Assembly (NCBI GenBank): GCA_963847705.1
Contig: CAWKBC010000001.1
Location: 128,001-192,000, forward strand
Direction of reading: 5' to 3'
DNA length: 64,000 nucleotides
From: an uncultured Pseudomonadota bacterium
GTDB lineage: Bacteria; Myxococcota_A; Polyangia; Fen-1088
The notes below the pieces were generated by a model. It was given only the letters and a program-made list of their open reading frames with translations, made no database searches and was not told where the DNA came from. A program made the translations under genes and the position numbers. The number at the start of each line of letters is the position of its first letter. Position 1 is the stretch's first letter. Positions 18,767 to 28,569 of the stretch are shown in pieces.

Positions 18767-20479
18767 ATGAACAGACCATTCGTGACCACCGGGGCGGTCG
18801 CTCTCGTCCTCGTGCCGCTGGCGCTCCTCGCCTTGCTGGTGATCGGCGCGGCGGAGATCAGCTACGCCCAGACGCTGTTCGTTCACACGACGTACTACTT
18901 CCTCCTGGCCACGGTGCTCTGCTGGGCCGGCACCTACCTCCGGGCCGCCCGCGACGTGCGCCGGGAGACGATCGCGGCCTGGTTGAAGGAAAACTGGCCC
19001 GGCCTCGTCATCGCGCTGGCGTTGACCGTCATCGCCTGGCTCGCGGTTCATCCCGCCCTGCGGATCCTCTCCGACGAGGCGGACTTGGTGGGGACGTCGA
19101 AGAATCTCTTCTCTTCGAGGACCGCCACCTTCACCGTCTCCGGCAAGAACTACTACGACAGCTACTGGGACGTCGACGTGGCCATCGACCGCCGGCCGGC
19201 GCTGTTCCCCTTCCTGGTCAGCCTGGTCCACGTCGTGTGCGGCTACTCGTACAAGAACGTCTTCCTGTTCAACTTGCTGTTGCTGCCGGCGTTCGTCCTG
19301 GTGTCGTACCGGCTGGCGAAGTCCCTGGGGGGCGAGACGTTCGCCGTCGTGACCTCGCTGCTGGTGGTGGCCCATCCCATCACCCTCATCTCCGTCCGTT
19401 CGGGCGGCTTCGACTTCCTTGCCCTGTTCTTCGCGCTGCTGGTCCTCAAGAGTGTGTTCGACCACCTGCGCGAGCCATCGGCCGCCAGGCTGGCGATTCT
19501 CTGGATGAACCTCTGCATGTTCGCCGAGATCCGCTACGAGAGCGCGCTGTTCATCGTGCCGGTGGTGGCGCTGCTCTGTCTCTTCAGGATGAGCACCGCG
19601 ACCCTCCTGCGCCCCTACGCCTTCATCTACGCGCTCACGCCGGCCTACCTCGCGCCCCGCATCTGGCAGGCGGTGCTGCGCGGGAGCGTGCCGGACCAGG
19701 AACCCGGGGCGACCGCGCTGAGCGCCGAGAACTTCTTCAACAACGCGCGCGAGTACTTCAGGCCCGTTCTGTCACCCTTGAACGGCTATCCCGCGCACGC
19801 GGGGATGGTCATCGCGCTCGGTCTGGCTGGCTGCGTCGTCTGGCTGGCGTCGCACCGCCGCGAATTGGTCTCGCCCGACTGGAAGGCACCCCGGGAGAGG
19901 TTCGCGGTCTTCGTCGCCGTCTGGATGCTGCTCCAGGTGATCGTCGTCTTCAGCTACGTGTGGGGACGCGCCCAGGCCCCTTCGGCCGCGCGCCTGGTCA
20001 TCGCGATCGACACCTTCTTCTCGTTCGTCGCCGCCTGGGCGCTGACCCTGGCGCTCAGACGCTGGAGACCCTTCGTCCCCGTGCTGCTCGCCGTCGGGGT
20101 TCTGGCGATCCACCTGCCCATCGCCGGGCAGCAGCGGATGCTGAACCGTTTGACCCAGACGCGAGAGACGGCCACCGCCTGGCGCTTCTTCGAGAGCCTG
20201 CACGAGAAGCGCATCCTGATCGTGACGGACCGTCCCGATCTCTTCACCATCATGGACTACGGCGCCATGAGCTTCGAGGCGGCGAGGCAGGACCCCTTCC
20301 TCTTCGAGGCCTTCGCCCGCCACCTCTTCTATGACATCTACGTCGTCCAGCAGATCAAGCTGTCCACGAACAGCCCGCTGCCCGGATACGACCTTCCGTC
20401 CACGCGTAAGCTGGAGACGATGCTCGAATACCAGAACGACGCCGACGTGTTGATCCGCATCTCGCGTCTCAGCCACTGA
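18767..20479 (+). CDS. ArnT/PMT-like GT-C glycosyltransferase (polytopic membrane protein)
   Basis: LSDEAD acidic motif in the first periplasmic loop, RPALFPFL, IRYE, multiple TM helices. Confidence 0.65.
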   Translation: MNRPFVTTGAVALVLVPLALLALLVIGAAEISYAQTLFVHTTYYFLLATVLCWAGTYLRAARDVRRETIAAWLKENWPGLVIALALTVIAWLAVHPALRILSDEADLVGTSKNLFSSRTATFTVSGKNYYDSYWDVDVAIDRRPALFPFLVSLVHVVCGYSYKNVFLFNLLLLPAFVLVSYRLAKSLGGETFAVVTSLLVVAHPITLISVRSGGFDFLALFFALLVLKSVFDHLREPSAARLAILWMNLCMFAEIRYESALFIVPVVALLCLFRMSTATLLRPYAFIYALTPAYLAPRIWQAVLRGSVPDQEPGATALSAENFFNNAREYFRPVLSPLNGYPAHAGMVIALGLAGCVVWLASHRRELVSPDWKAPRERFAVFVAVWMLLQVIVVFSYVWGRAQAPSAARLVIAIDTFFSFVAAWALTLALRRWRPFVPVLLAVGVLAIHLPIAGQQRMLNRLTQTRETATAWRFFESLHEKRILIVTDRPDLFTIMDYGAMSFEAARQDPFLFEAFARHLFYDIYVVQQIKLSTNSPLPGYDLPSTRKLETMLEYQNDADVLIRISRLSH

Positions 20480-20534
20480 CAGGCCCGTCGAGGCTGGCCG
20501 CGCAGACGGCCACGTTGCACTTTCGCCTCTGGAC

Positions 20535-22487
20535 CTACTTGCCGTAGCCGGCGCTCACGATGTTCGCTTGAATGGCCGCGTCGGTGGCGTCGGACGGATA
20601 GCCGGCGACGATGGCGCCTTCGTAGAAGGTCCCCTGGCTGGCCGTGTTGTTGCTGTAGCAGCAGTCGCCGCCGCTGCCGAGAACGATCGACCCCTGCTTC
20701 TTGGCCGGGTTGTATCCGGGGGGAACCGCCCCGCTGTAGAACGTGCTCAGGCTGCCGGTCGTCGCGTCGGCCCCCTTGAGGGCGAAGGTCCCGGTGCCGG
20801 TGTTTTTCTCCATGGCCGTGACATAGCTGTAGCTCATGGTCGGATCGGCCGTGCTCTGTCCGGAGCCGCCCTTGGCATAGAGCCCCCCCTCGAGATCGGC
20901 CATGACCCAGGGACCGGCGCCGGTGCCCGTTCCCCAGATCGTGCAGTTGCTAAAATTGACGGCGTCCATCGAGGGGCCGGCGACGTACATGCGGCCGGTT
21001 TCGCCGTTGCCGTAGTCGAAGCAACATCCGCTGCCGTAGTGCTTGCCGCTGGTGACCATGTAGATCCCTTGCGGAGAGCTGCCGAGCGGCATCCCCGACT
21101 TGGAGCCGTCCCTCCAGTAGGCCTGGCTGGTCTTCATGTAGAGCGAGTAGACCTTGTGGCCGTTGAGGGTCAGCGACTCCTGGGTGGCGTTGGAGGCAGT
21201 CATGCCGGCGTGGCCGCCGACGGTGCTGTTGGGGGTCTCGGCCTCGACGAAGTTGCCGTGCCCGGACTGGTCATAAACGATCGTGATCGTGCACGTCGTG
21301 CCGGAGCAGAACGCATCTTGCGTCGCAGTGTCGGCGAGACCGCCAGGGCTGACGACGCCGATGTCCTTGGTCGCGCCGTCCGACGCGCGCGTGACCTGGT
21401 AGAGACTGCCGCTGTAGGCGCCGAGCAGCGCGCGCACCGTGCTGTGCGCGGCGACGCACGCGGTGTTGGCGGCCGCGTAGATATCACACGGCGCCATCCC
21501 AGAGGCGCCGGACGTGCCTCCATTCGCGCTGGTTCCGCCGCTGCCGCCCTTGCCGGCGGCACCGCCGGTCCCGGGCGCGCCGGCCGTCCCGCCCGCGCCG
21601 CCCCTTCCGCCCGAGCCGGTGGCACCCCCCGAACCTCCGGCGCCTCCCGTGCCTGGAGCACCGCCCGTCCCGACGGTGCCGCCCGTGCTGATGGCACCAC
21701 CGGAGCCCGTGGCGCCACCGGTCGCGCTCGACCCGCCCGAGCCCGACGAGGTGCCGCTCTTCTGAAGCACGACCGTGCCGGAGAGGGGGAGGATCGTCGG
21801 CTTCGGGGTCACGGTCAGCGTGTTTCCCGAGACGCAGTAGGAGTAATCGACGGTGGCGTCGGTGTTGAGGCCGGAGCTGGAGGTCGTGTAGTTGCCGCTG
21901 GTCATCGCCCAGGGAGAAACCACGCCGAGGCCGCCGCTCTGGTTGGCGGTGGCCGTGCAGGCGCAATGGCCGCTGGAATCGTTCGAGCAGGTGGCCGTGG
22001 CCCAGCCGAGCGCCGTGATGGCCCCCGATGCCTTGTCGCACGCGACGTTGACGGACGAAACCGAGAGGCACGCGGCGGCCAACGGGAAGGTGACGGAGCC
22101 GGAGGTGACCGTGTTGTCGGTGTAGGTCCCGTTGCTGTTGGCGATCCATGTTCCGGTCACCTGCAGGGATCCGGTCACGGGAACGGTCTTGCACCCCAAG
22201 CTGGCCAGCGAGACATCCATGTCACCCGACAGGGCCAGACATGACGACGACACGGTCCAGGTGCCGATCAGGCTGCCGCCGCAGGCCGTCCCGTTGGGAC
22301 AGGACGTCGCTCCCCCGGTCCCGCTGGAGCTTCCGCCGGTCCCTGCTCCTCCCGTGGCCGTCGACCCGCCAGTGCCCGTGTTCCCTCCTGTGGCACCTCC
22401 TTGGACGTTGTTGCTGCCACAACCGCCGCTGGCCATCGCCGAGGCGAGAGCCACCGCGCCAAGAAGTCCAAAGAGTCTGTTTCGCAT
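20535..22487 (-). CDS. abfB: GH54 alpha-L-arabinofuranosidase B-like lipoprotein with N-terminal Cys-rich domain
   Basis: Lipobox SGGC; PCDIY, CVAAHSTVRAL, YDQSG, CCFDYGN, ADLEGG, GGD, GTFYEG; no CBM42. Confidence 0.9.
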   Translation of the reverse strand: MRNRLFGLLGAVALASAMASGGCGSNNVQGGATGGNTGTGGSTATGGAGTGGSSSGTGGATSCPNGTACGGSLIGTWTVSSSCLALSGDMDVSLASLGCKTVPVTGSLQVTGTWIANSNGTYTDNTVTSGSVTFPLAAACLSVSSVNVACDKASGAITALGWATATCSNDSSGHCACTATANQSGGLGVVSPWAMTSGNYTTSSSGLNTDATVDYSYCVSGNTLTVTPKPTILPLSGTVVLQKSGTSSGSGGSSATGGATGSGGAISTGGTVGTGGAPGTGGAGGSGGATGSGGRGGAGGTAGAPGTGGAAGKGGSGGTSANGGTSGASGMAPCDIYAAANTACVAAHSTVRALLGAYSGSLYQVTRASDGATKDIGVVSPGGLADTATQDAFCSGTTCTITIVYDQSGHGNFVEAETPNSTVGGHAGMTASNATQESLTLNGHKVYSLYMKTSQAYWRDGSKSGMPLGSSPQGIYMVTSGKHYGSGCCFDYGNGETGRMYVAGPSMDAVNFSNCTIWGTGTGAGPWVMADLEGGLYAKGGSGQSTADPTMSYSYVTAMEKNTGTGTFALKGADATTGSLSTFYSGAVPPGYNPAKKQGSIVLGSGGDCCYSNNTASQGTFYEGAIVAGYPSDATDAAIQANIVSAGYGK

Positions 22488-22503
22488 GAGTCCTCAGTCC
22501 TGT

Positions 22504-22530
22504 TTGTCCGTTCGGCGGGACTTTGTTCAC
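22504..22530 (-). promoter_or_regulatory. Variant element GTGAACAA-N14-GACAA upstream of the GH54 gene at 22487
   Basis: 16 nt before ATG, with a GAGGA Shine-Dalgarno in between. Confidence 0.5.
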
Positions 22531-22691
22531 AATTCCTCTCGAGTCCCCGGGAAAGCCCGATGGGATGCGTTCCGAACAAATCCGTCGCGTCATCTGTCGG
22601 TTCGGAGGACTTTGTTCAACGGTTTTTCTGGTGAAGATTTTTTGGCCGGCGCCGCCCTTCCACGGCGAACCCGTATGATAGTGAGGAGCCA

Positions 22692-23573
22692 GTGACCGAT
22701 AGCTCTCCCAGCCGCGAATCGAGCCGCGCGGACCGTTCGGCCGAACAGGCGCAGCTCGAAGAGCGGGTCTTCTCGGTGAAGAAGCGCTTTCTGGCCATGT
22801 ACAAGATGGCGCACGCGGGACACATCGGCAGCTCGCTGTCGTGCGCCGAGATTCTGGTCTTTCTAAAGCACGCCTGGATGCGCGACGAGGACACGTTCAT
22901 CCTCTCCAAGGGCCACGCAGTGGCGGCGCTCTACGCGCTGCTCGCCGAGGCGAACGCCCTCGACCCGCGCGAGCTCGACACCTTCTATAAAGACGGGACG
23001 CGCTTACCTGCCCTGCCGCCGGTCAACGCGATCAAGGAGATCCCGTTCGCCACGGGGAGCCTGGGTCATGGGCTCTCGCTCTGTGCCGGCATGGCCGTCG
23101 GGGCGCGACTCAACCGAAGCGAGCGGCGCTTCTTCTGCCTCACCTCCGACGGGGAGCTCGACGAGGGGAGCACCTGGGAGGCCGCCCTCTTCATCGCCCA
23201 CCGCAGGCTGACCAACGTCGCGTGGCTGATCGATCGCAACCGCATTCAGGGCATCGGCGGGACCGAAGAGGTGCTGGCCCTGGAGCCGCTCGACGCGAAG
23301 CTCGAGGCCTTCGGCTTTCACGTGATCGCCGTCGACGGGCATGACTGCGCCTCTCTGCTGGCGCTGCGCGACGCCTGCGCCCACGCTCCGGCAAGCCAGG
23401 GAAGACCGCTGGCCGTCATTTGCAACACCATCAAGGGGCACGGCATTCGTCACATGCAAGACACGGTGGCGTCCCACTACCTGCCGATGGACGATGCGCA
23501 GTACGCGCAAGCTCTCGACGACCTGGCGGCCGCGCATGCGTCCGCGCTGGCGGGGGCTCGCCATGCGGGATGA
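22692..23573 (+). CDS. Transketolase-like protein, N-terminal (TPP-binding) subunit
   Basis: GHIGSSLS, LSKGHA, TGSLGHGL, SDGELDEGSTWEA, DRNRIQ, TIKGHG. Confidence 0.92.
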   Translation: MTDSSPSRESSRADRSAEQAQLEERVFSVKKRFLAMYKMAHAGHIGSSLSCAEILVFLKHAWMRDEDTFILSKGHAVAALYALLAEANALDPRELDTFYKDGTRLPALPPVNAIKEIPFATGSLGHGLSLCAGMAVGARLNRSERRFFCLTSDGELDEGSTWEAALFIAHRRLTNVAWLIDRNRIQGIGGTEEVLALEPLDAKLEAFGFHVIAVDGHDCASLLALRDACAHAPASQGRPLAVICNTIKGHGIRHMQDTVASHYLPMDDAQYAQALDDLAAAHASALAGARHAG

Positions 23574-24471
23574 ATTCGCCCAGGCGATGATCGCGCTCTT
23601 TCGCGAGCGGAGCGATCTGGTCTTCCTCACCGGCGACGTCGGCTTCATGGCGCTCGAGGGGATCGCCCAGACGTACGGCGAGCGCTTCATCAACGCCGGC
23701 GTCGCGGAGCAGAACATGGTGTCCCTCGCCGCAGGGCTGGCCCGCGAAGGGCAGCTGGCCTGGGTTTACAGCATGGCCCCCTTCGTCGCGCTTCGCCCCT
23801 ACGAACAGATTCGCACCGACGTGTGTCTGCACAGACTCCCGGTCAAGCTGGTCGGCAACGGCGGCGGCTACGGCTACGGCATCATGGGGGCGACCCATCA
23901 CGCCCTCGAGGACGTCGGCGCCATCCGTGTCCTGCCCAACATGCGGCTCTACCTCCCGCTGACCGCGACGGACGTGGGGCAGGTCGTCGGCATGATGGCG
24001 CAGGATCCCCTGCCCAACTACCTGCGGCTCAACACCGCCGCGCCAATTCCGGCGGAGGTTCCGCCGTTCGCGCCGTGGCGGAGGATCAAGCGAGGCCGGA
24101 CGACCGTGGTCGTCGGGCTGGGGCCAGTGGTGGGCAATCTCTACCAGGTGGGCGACCAAGACCTGCTCGACGAGCTCGAGATCTGGAGCGTCGGGACTCT
24201 CCCGCTCGCGGACCTTCCGGCCGAACTCGTCGCGAGCATCGAAGAGAAGCGGCGGGTCGTGACCATGGAGGAGCACTATCTGTCTTGCGGCCTGGCCGAG
24301 GCGCTGAGCTACCGGCTCTTGAGCCAGGGTGTTCATCCGCGGTCCTTCACCAGCCTCCACGCCAAGGGATATCCGAGCGGACGTTACGGCAGCCAGCGCT
24401 GGCACCAGGAGGAGAGCGGTCTGGCGGGTCAGGCGTTGCGCGCGCAGCTGGAGCGGGTCGCTCGTGGCTGA
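23563..24471 (+). CDS. Transketolase-like protein, C-terminal subunit
   Basis: LTGDVG, NAGVAEQNM, RPYEQIR, GATHHALED, TMEEH; overlaps the upstream stop. Confidence 0.92.
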   Translation: MRDEFAQAMIALFRERSDLVFLTGDVGFMALEGIAQTYGERFINAGVAEQNMVSLAAGLAREGQLAWVYSMAPFVALRPYEQIRTDVCLHRLPVKLVGNGGGYGYGIMGATHHALEDVGAIRVLPNMRLYLPLTATDVGQVVGMMAQDPLPNYLRLNTAAPIPAEVPPFAPWRRIKRGRTTVVVGLGPVVGNLYQVGDQDLLDELEIWSVGTLPLADLPAELVASIEEKRRVVTMEEHYLSCGLAEALSYRLLSQGVHPRSFTSLHAKGYPSGRYGSQRWHQEESGLAGQALRAQLERVARG

Positions 24472-25519
24472 CGCCAGGCCCCGGCGCCTCTCCGCCGTGA
24501 TCGTTTGCTATCTGGACGCGCAGGCGATCCCTCTGATGTACCGGCGGCTGTCCGAGGTGTTCTCCGCCTTGGCCGTGGACTACGAGATCATCTTCGTCAA
24601 CGACGGCAGCCCCGACGACACCCACTCGGTGTTGAAGGCCCTGACGGAGAGCGACGACCACGTGCTGGCCATAGAGCACTCCAGAAACTTCGGCTCGCAG
24701 AACGGGTTTCTGAGTGGAATGGAGCTCGCCACCGGCGACGCCGTGGTTCTTCTCGATGGCGATCTCCAGGATCCGCCCGAGGTCATCCCCGCCCTCTACG
24801 AGAAATGGCGGCAGGGAAACGACGTGGTCTACGGCCGTCGATCCAAACGCCAGGCGCCCGCACTCATGGCGCTCGCCTACAGGGCCTTCTACCGAGTCTT
24901 CCGGGGCGTCTCTTACGTCCCCGTGCCGCTCGACGCCGGCGATTTTTCGCTGATGGACCGAAGGGTCGTCGACGAGCTGCTGGCGCTTCCCGAGACCGAT
25001 CAGTTCTTGCGCGGGCTTCGGGCCTGGGTCGGCTTCAAGCAGACGGGCGTCGACTACGTCCGCCCCGCGCGCGCCTTCGGACGCTCGACCAACAGCCGGT
25101 TGAAGAACCTCTGGTGGGCGAAGAAGGCCCTCTTCTCGTTCAGCTTCCTGCCCATCGAGGTGCTGGGCTACGCCGCCGCCGTGATGACCGCGCTGTCGTT
25201 TGCGGCCGTCATCTATCAGGTCGTCGACGGCCTTCGTCGTCCCGACCTCAGTCACGGCATCTCCACCCTCATCGTTCTGGTCGTGTTCTTCGGCAGTCTC
25301 ACTCTTCTGGCCATCGCCGTGCTGGGCGAGTACCTCATCAGGGTCTTCGAGGAGGTCAAACGGAGACCGAGGTTCATCCGGAAGGCCTTGTGGCACGGCG
25401 GACGCGGGTTGCAGAGCGCGGCGGAGGTGGAGAGTTTCGTGGGGCGAAGGAAGGCCGCGCTGCGATCGACCGGGGCGGGTGCGCCGGAGGCCGATGGGCC
25501 GGAGACCTGTGAACGTTAG
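24464..25519 (+). CDS. GtrB-like polyprenol-phosphate glycosyltransferase (GT2 plus two TM helices)
   Basis: VNDGSPD, SRNFG, DGDLQDPPE, AGDFSLMDR, FLRGLRAWVGF, GEYLIRVFEEVKRRP. Confidence 0.9.
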   Translation: MADARPRRLSAVIVCYLDAQAIPLMYRRLSEVFSALAVDYEIIFVNDGSPDDTHSVLKALTESDDHVLAIEHSRNFGSQNGFLSGMELATGDAVVLLDGDLQDPPEVIPALYEKWRQGNDVVYGRRSKRQAPALMALAYRAFYRVFRGVSYVPVPLDAGDFSLMDRRVVDELLALPETDQFLRGLRAWVGFKQTGVDYVRPARAFGRSTNSRLKNLWWAKKALFSFSFLPIEVLGYAAAVMTALSFAAVIYQVVDGLRRPDLSHGISTLIVLVVFFGSLTLLAIAVLGEYLIRVFEEVKRRPRFIRKALWHGGRGLQSAAEVESFVGRRKAALRSTGAGAPEADGPETCER

Positions 25520-26303
25520 GAGCGTCCTCATCACGGGCACGACCTCCGGTCTCGGCCGGGGCCTCCTCCAGCATTACGCCGAGCAGGCGGTGAAGGTGAT
25601 CTCCGTCAACCGGCGCCGCGTCGAGGCGCTCGAGTCCCAGTATCCGTCCGTCCGCTTCGAGTGCGTGGATGTCCGTTCGGCCGAGCGTGTCGAGAGCCTG
25701 GTCCGCGATCTGGCGGCGTCGGGTGACCTGCCCGACGTCCTCATCTTGAACGCCGGGATCAACCGCCTGGACAACGACGCTGCGTTCGACTTGCCCCTCT
25801 GCCGGGAGGTCGTCGACACCAACCTGTACGGCGCCCTGAACTTCATCGCGCCCCTGACCCGCGTTCCAGCGGCCGGCGGCCAGCGACACATCGTGGCGAT
25901 CAGCTCCATGGTCAATTACGCCGGGAACCCTTACTGCCTCGGGTATTACGCGAGCAAGAAGGCCCTGACGGCTTGCTTCGACGTGTGGGCCGAGATGTAC
26001 GCGGGGACCGATCTGGTGTTCAAGCAGGTCATGCTGGGGCCCGTTCAGACGGCGATCTACACGATGGGCGACAGGCTTCCCCGGTGGATGGTCCGGATCA
26101 AGAGCCTTTGTTCCGCATCGCTCGACGACACGGTCCGCGCGGTTGCACGCTTTGCGCCGACCCGCGGGAGAAAGCTGATCTATCCGTGGCGAGCGCTCCC
26201 TGCCTTCGGTGCGATGCGGCTCGGTCGACGACTCATTCCCGGCTTCTTCCACGGCCGCAAGACGACCGCCGGACAGCCGCGGCGGCGCCTGCCCGGCCGC
26301 TGA
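25509..26303 (+). CDS. SDR-family oxidoreductase
   Basis: ITGTTSGLG, LNAG, ISS, YYASK. Confidence 0.88.
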   Translation: MNVRSVLITGTTSGLGRGLLQHYAEQAVKVISVNRRRVEALESQYPSVRFECVDVRSAERVESLVRDLAASGDLPDVLILNAGINRLDNDAAFDLPLCREVVDTNLYGALNFIAPLTRVPAAGGQRHIVAISSMVNYAGNPYCLGYYASKKALTACFDVWAEMYAGTDLVFKQVMLGPVQTAIYTMGDRLPRWMVRIKSLCSASLDDTVRAVARFAPTRGRKLIYPWRALPAFGAMRLGRRLIPGFFHGRKTTAGQPRRRLPGR

Positions 26304-26390
26304 CCGAGTCTGTCGTTCGCTCCCTGACTTCCGGCTGGGGGGTGCTGAAGGCGGACGCCGGTCGGGCGGGTGCGAAGCGGCGCAGTTTTC

Positions 26391-26417
26391 GTGACAACAG
26401 CGGGCTCCCGGGGACAA
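26391..26417 (+). promoter_or_regulatory. Bipartite element GTGACAA-N15-GACAA upstream of the GH54 gene at 26465
   Basis: Exact match; 47 nt before ATG. Confidence 0.7.
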
Positions 26418-26464
26418 ACACCACAAGACCCCCCCTTAGTTCCCCCTTGGAAGGAGCCCCTTCG

Positions 26465-28439
26465 ATGAAGGTTCAATCTGCTTTTCCGGCGATGCCGCTC
26501 GCAATCGCAATGATGTTAGGCGCTTGCAGCTCTAGCTCGATTGGTTCATCGGGCACGGGTGGAACCACCGGCACCGGCGGAACCACCGGCACCGGCGGCA
26601 GCTCCAGCGGGACCGGGGGAGGATCGTCCTGTCCCAACGGGACCGCCTGCGGCGGCAGCGTGGTCGGTTCTTGGACGGTGAGCTCGTCGTGTCTGACGTT
26701 GAGTGACAGCAACCTCGACATTTCGCTGGCGGGTCTCGACCCTCGCTCTTGCACGAACGTGACGCTGTCGGGCTCGCTCACCGTGACCGGCATGTGGTCC
26801 GCCAAGTCGGACGGAACGTACACCGATGGCACGACCACTTCGGGCACCGCACAGCTTCAGCTGCCGGCCGGCTGCTTGCAGATTTCGGGGACCACCACCA
26901 CGTGCCAGCGGATCGGTGGTCCTCTCGCAGGTCTGGGCTTCGCTTCTGCCACTTGCACCGATGCCACCGGGGGCGGGTGCTCCTGCACGGCGACGGTGCA
27001 ACAGACGGGTGGGCTCGGGTTTCTGACCTCCGATCCGCAGACCAACGGCAACTACGCCACCTCGGGCAGCACGCTCACCGACGATACGGTGTCGCCGTAC
27101 TCGTACTGCGTCGCGGGAAACCAGCTGACGCTGACCCCGCAGCCGACGAACCCGTCCGGGACCGGGACGATCGTGCTCCAGAAGGCTGGAACGACCGGCA
27201 CCGGCGGCGCGATTGGTACGGGCGGCACGACCAGCACGGGCGGCACGACCGGCACCGGCGGCACGACCGGCACGGGCGGCACGACCGGCACCGGCGGCGC
27301 GAGCGCGACGGGTGGCTCCGGCGGCAAGGGCGGTACGACCGGTACCGGCGGCATGGCCGGCGCCAAGGGGACCGGCGGCGCGCCGGCGACTGGTGGCGCG
27401 ACGGGCACCGGCGGCACCGCCGCGACCGGTGGCGCGACGGGGACCGGGGGATCGACGACGACTGCCGCGGGCCCCTGTGACATCTACGCTGCCGCGGGCC
27501 AGCCCTGCGCGGCCGCCTACAGCATGATTCGGGTGCTCTCGATGGCGTACACCGGCCCGCTCTACCAGGTCAGGAGCGGGAGCTCGAGCATGAACACGGG
27601 CTCGGGCGGAACGACCAAGGACATCATGAGCATCGGTGGCTTCGCCGACACAGCCACCCAGGACACCTTCTGCAGCGGCTCGACCTGCACCGTCTCCATC
27701 CTTTATGACCAGTCCGGGAACGGCAACGATCTCAGGGCGGCGCCCCCCGGCCTCTCCGGCGGGGGAACCTACGCAGCGATGCACGACTTCGAGTCGAGCG
27801 CGACGAAGGGTGCGCTGACCGTCGGCGGGCACAAGGTCTACGCGCTCTACACGAATGCGCGAGAGGGGTATCGGACCGCCGTGGGCGTCAAGGGCAAGAA
27901 CATGCCGATCGGCAATACGCCGCAGGGGATTTACGAGCTCGCGGACGGCACGCACACGGGCACCGCCTGCTGCTGGGACTTCGGGAATGTCTCGACCGAT
28001 CCCACGGTCTACGGCGTCATGAACACCATCTTCTTCGGGACCGGATTCTGGGGCACCGGGGCCGGCAGCGGCCCCTGGTTTCTGGGCGACTTCGAGGGGG
28101 GAGTCTGGGCGGGGGGGTCGGGCGCGTCCACCGTGAACAACCCCAACGACCCGTCAATGAAGGTTCCCTACGCCTTTGGCATCGTCAAGACCAGCTCCGG
28201 GCAATACGCCATCAGGGCCGCCAATGTGCAGACGGCCACCGATTCTGACGACCGCCTACGACGGCGCCTCACCCAAGACCTGGGCCAACACGGGCGGGAT
28301 CCTCCTTGGGATCGGCAGCGACAACAGCAACAACTCGTGGGGGACCTTCTACGAGGGCGCCATCACCGCCGGCCGACCGGCCGACGCGACCGATCTCGCC
28401 GTCCTGAAGAACGTTCAGGCGGCGGGCTACGGCAAATAA
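26465..28439 (+). CDS. abfB: GH54-like lipoprotein with Cys-rich domain, split by a +1 frameshift near 28243
   Basis: Lipobox LGAC; PCDIY, CCWDFGN, GDFEGG; the C-terminus GIGSDNS...GTFYEG...AGYGK is in another frame and is rejoined by removing one T from GATTCTG. Confidence 0.8.
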
Positions 28440-28569
28440 GACTCGTCGCGCAACAAAGCCGTCCCCGCTGGCCGTCGCAACGTCCAGCGGGGCTTGAAAG
28501 CTGGATTCCCGCCGCTGCGGCGGTACGGATTGGTTGCGACCTTCAACCCCCCTAGAAGGAGTGAGCCTC

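Noticed and set aside
16351-20334. 1327-aa ORF and many other long Arg/Pro/Ala-rich ORFs in alternative frames
   Set aside because: Shadow ORFs of high-GC coding sequence that overlap better-supported genes
20940-28040. GH54 copies with MDA or MNT instead of MEA looked like nucleophile mutants
   Set aside because: As I recall the fungal AbfB numbering, the nucleophile (Glu221) is in the DxE motif and the acid/base (Asp297) is in GGD; all four copies retain both
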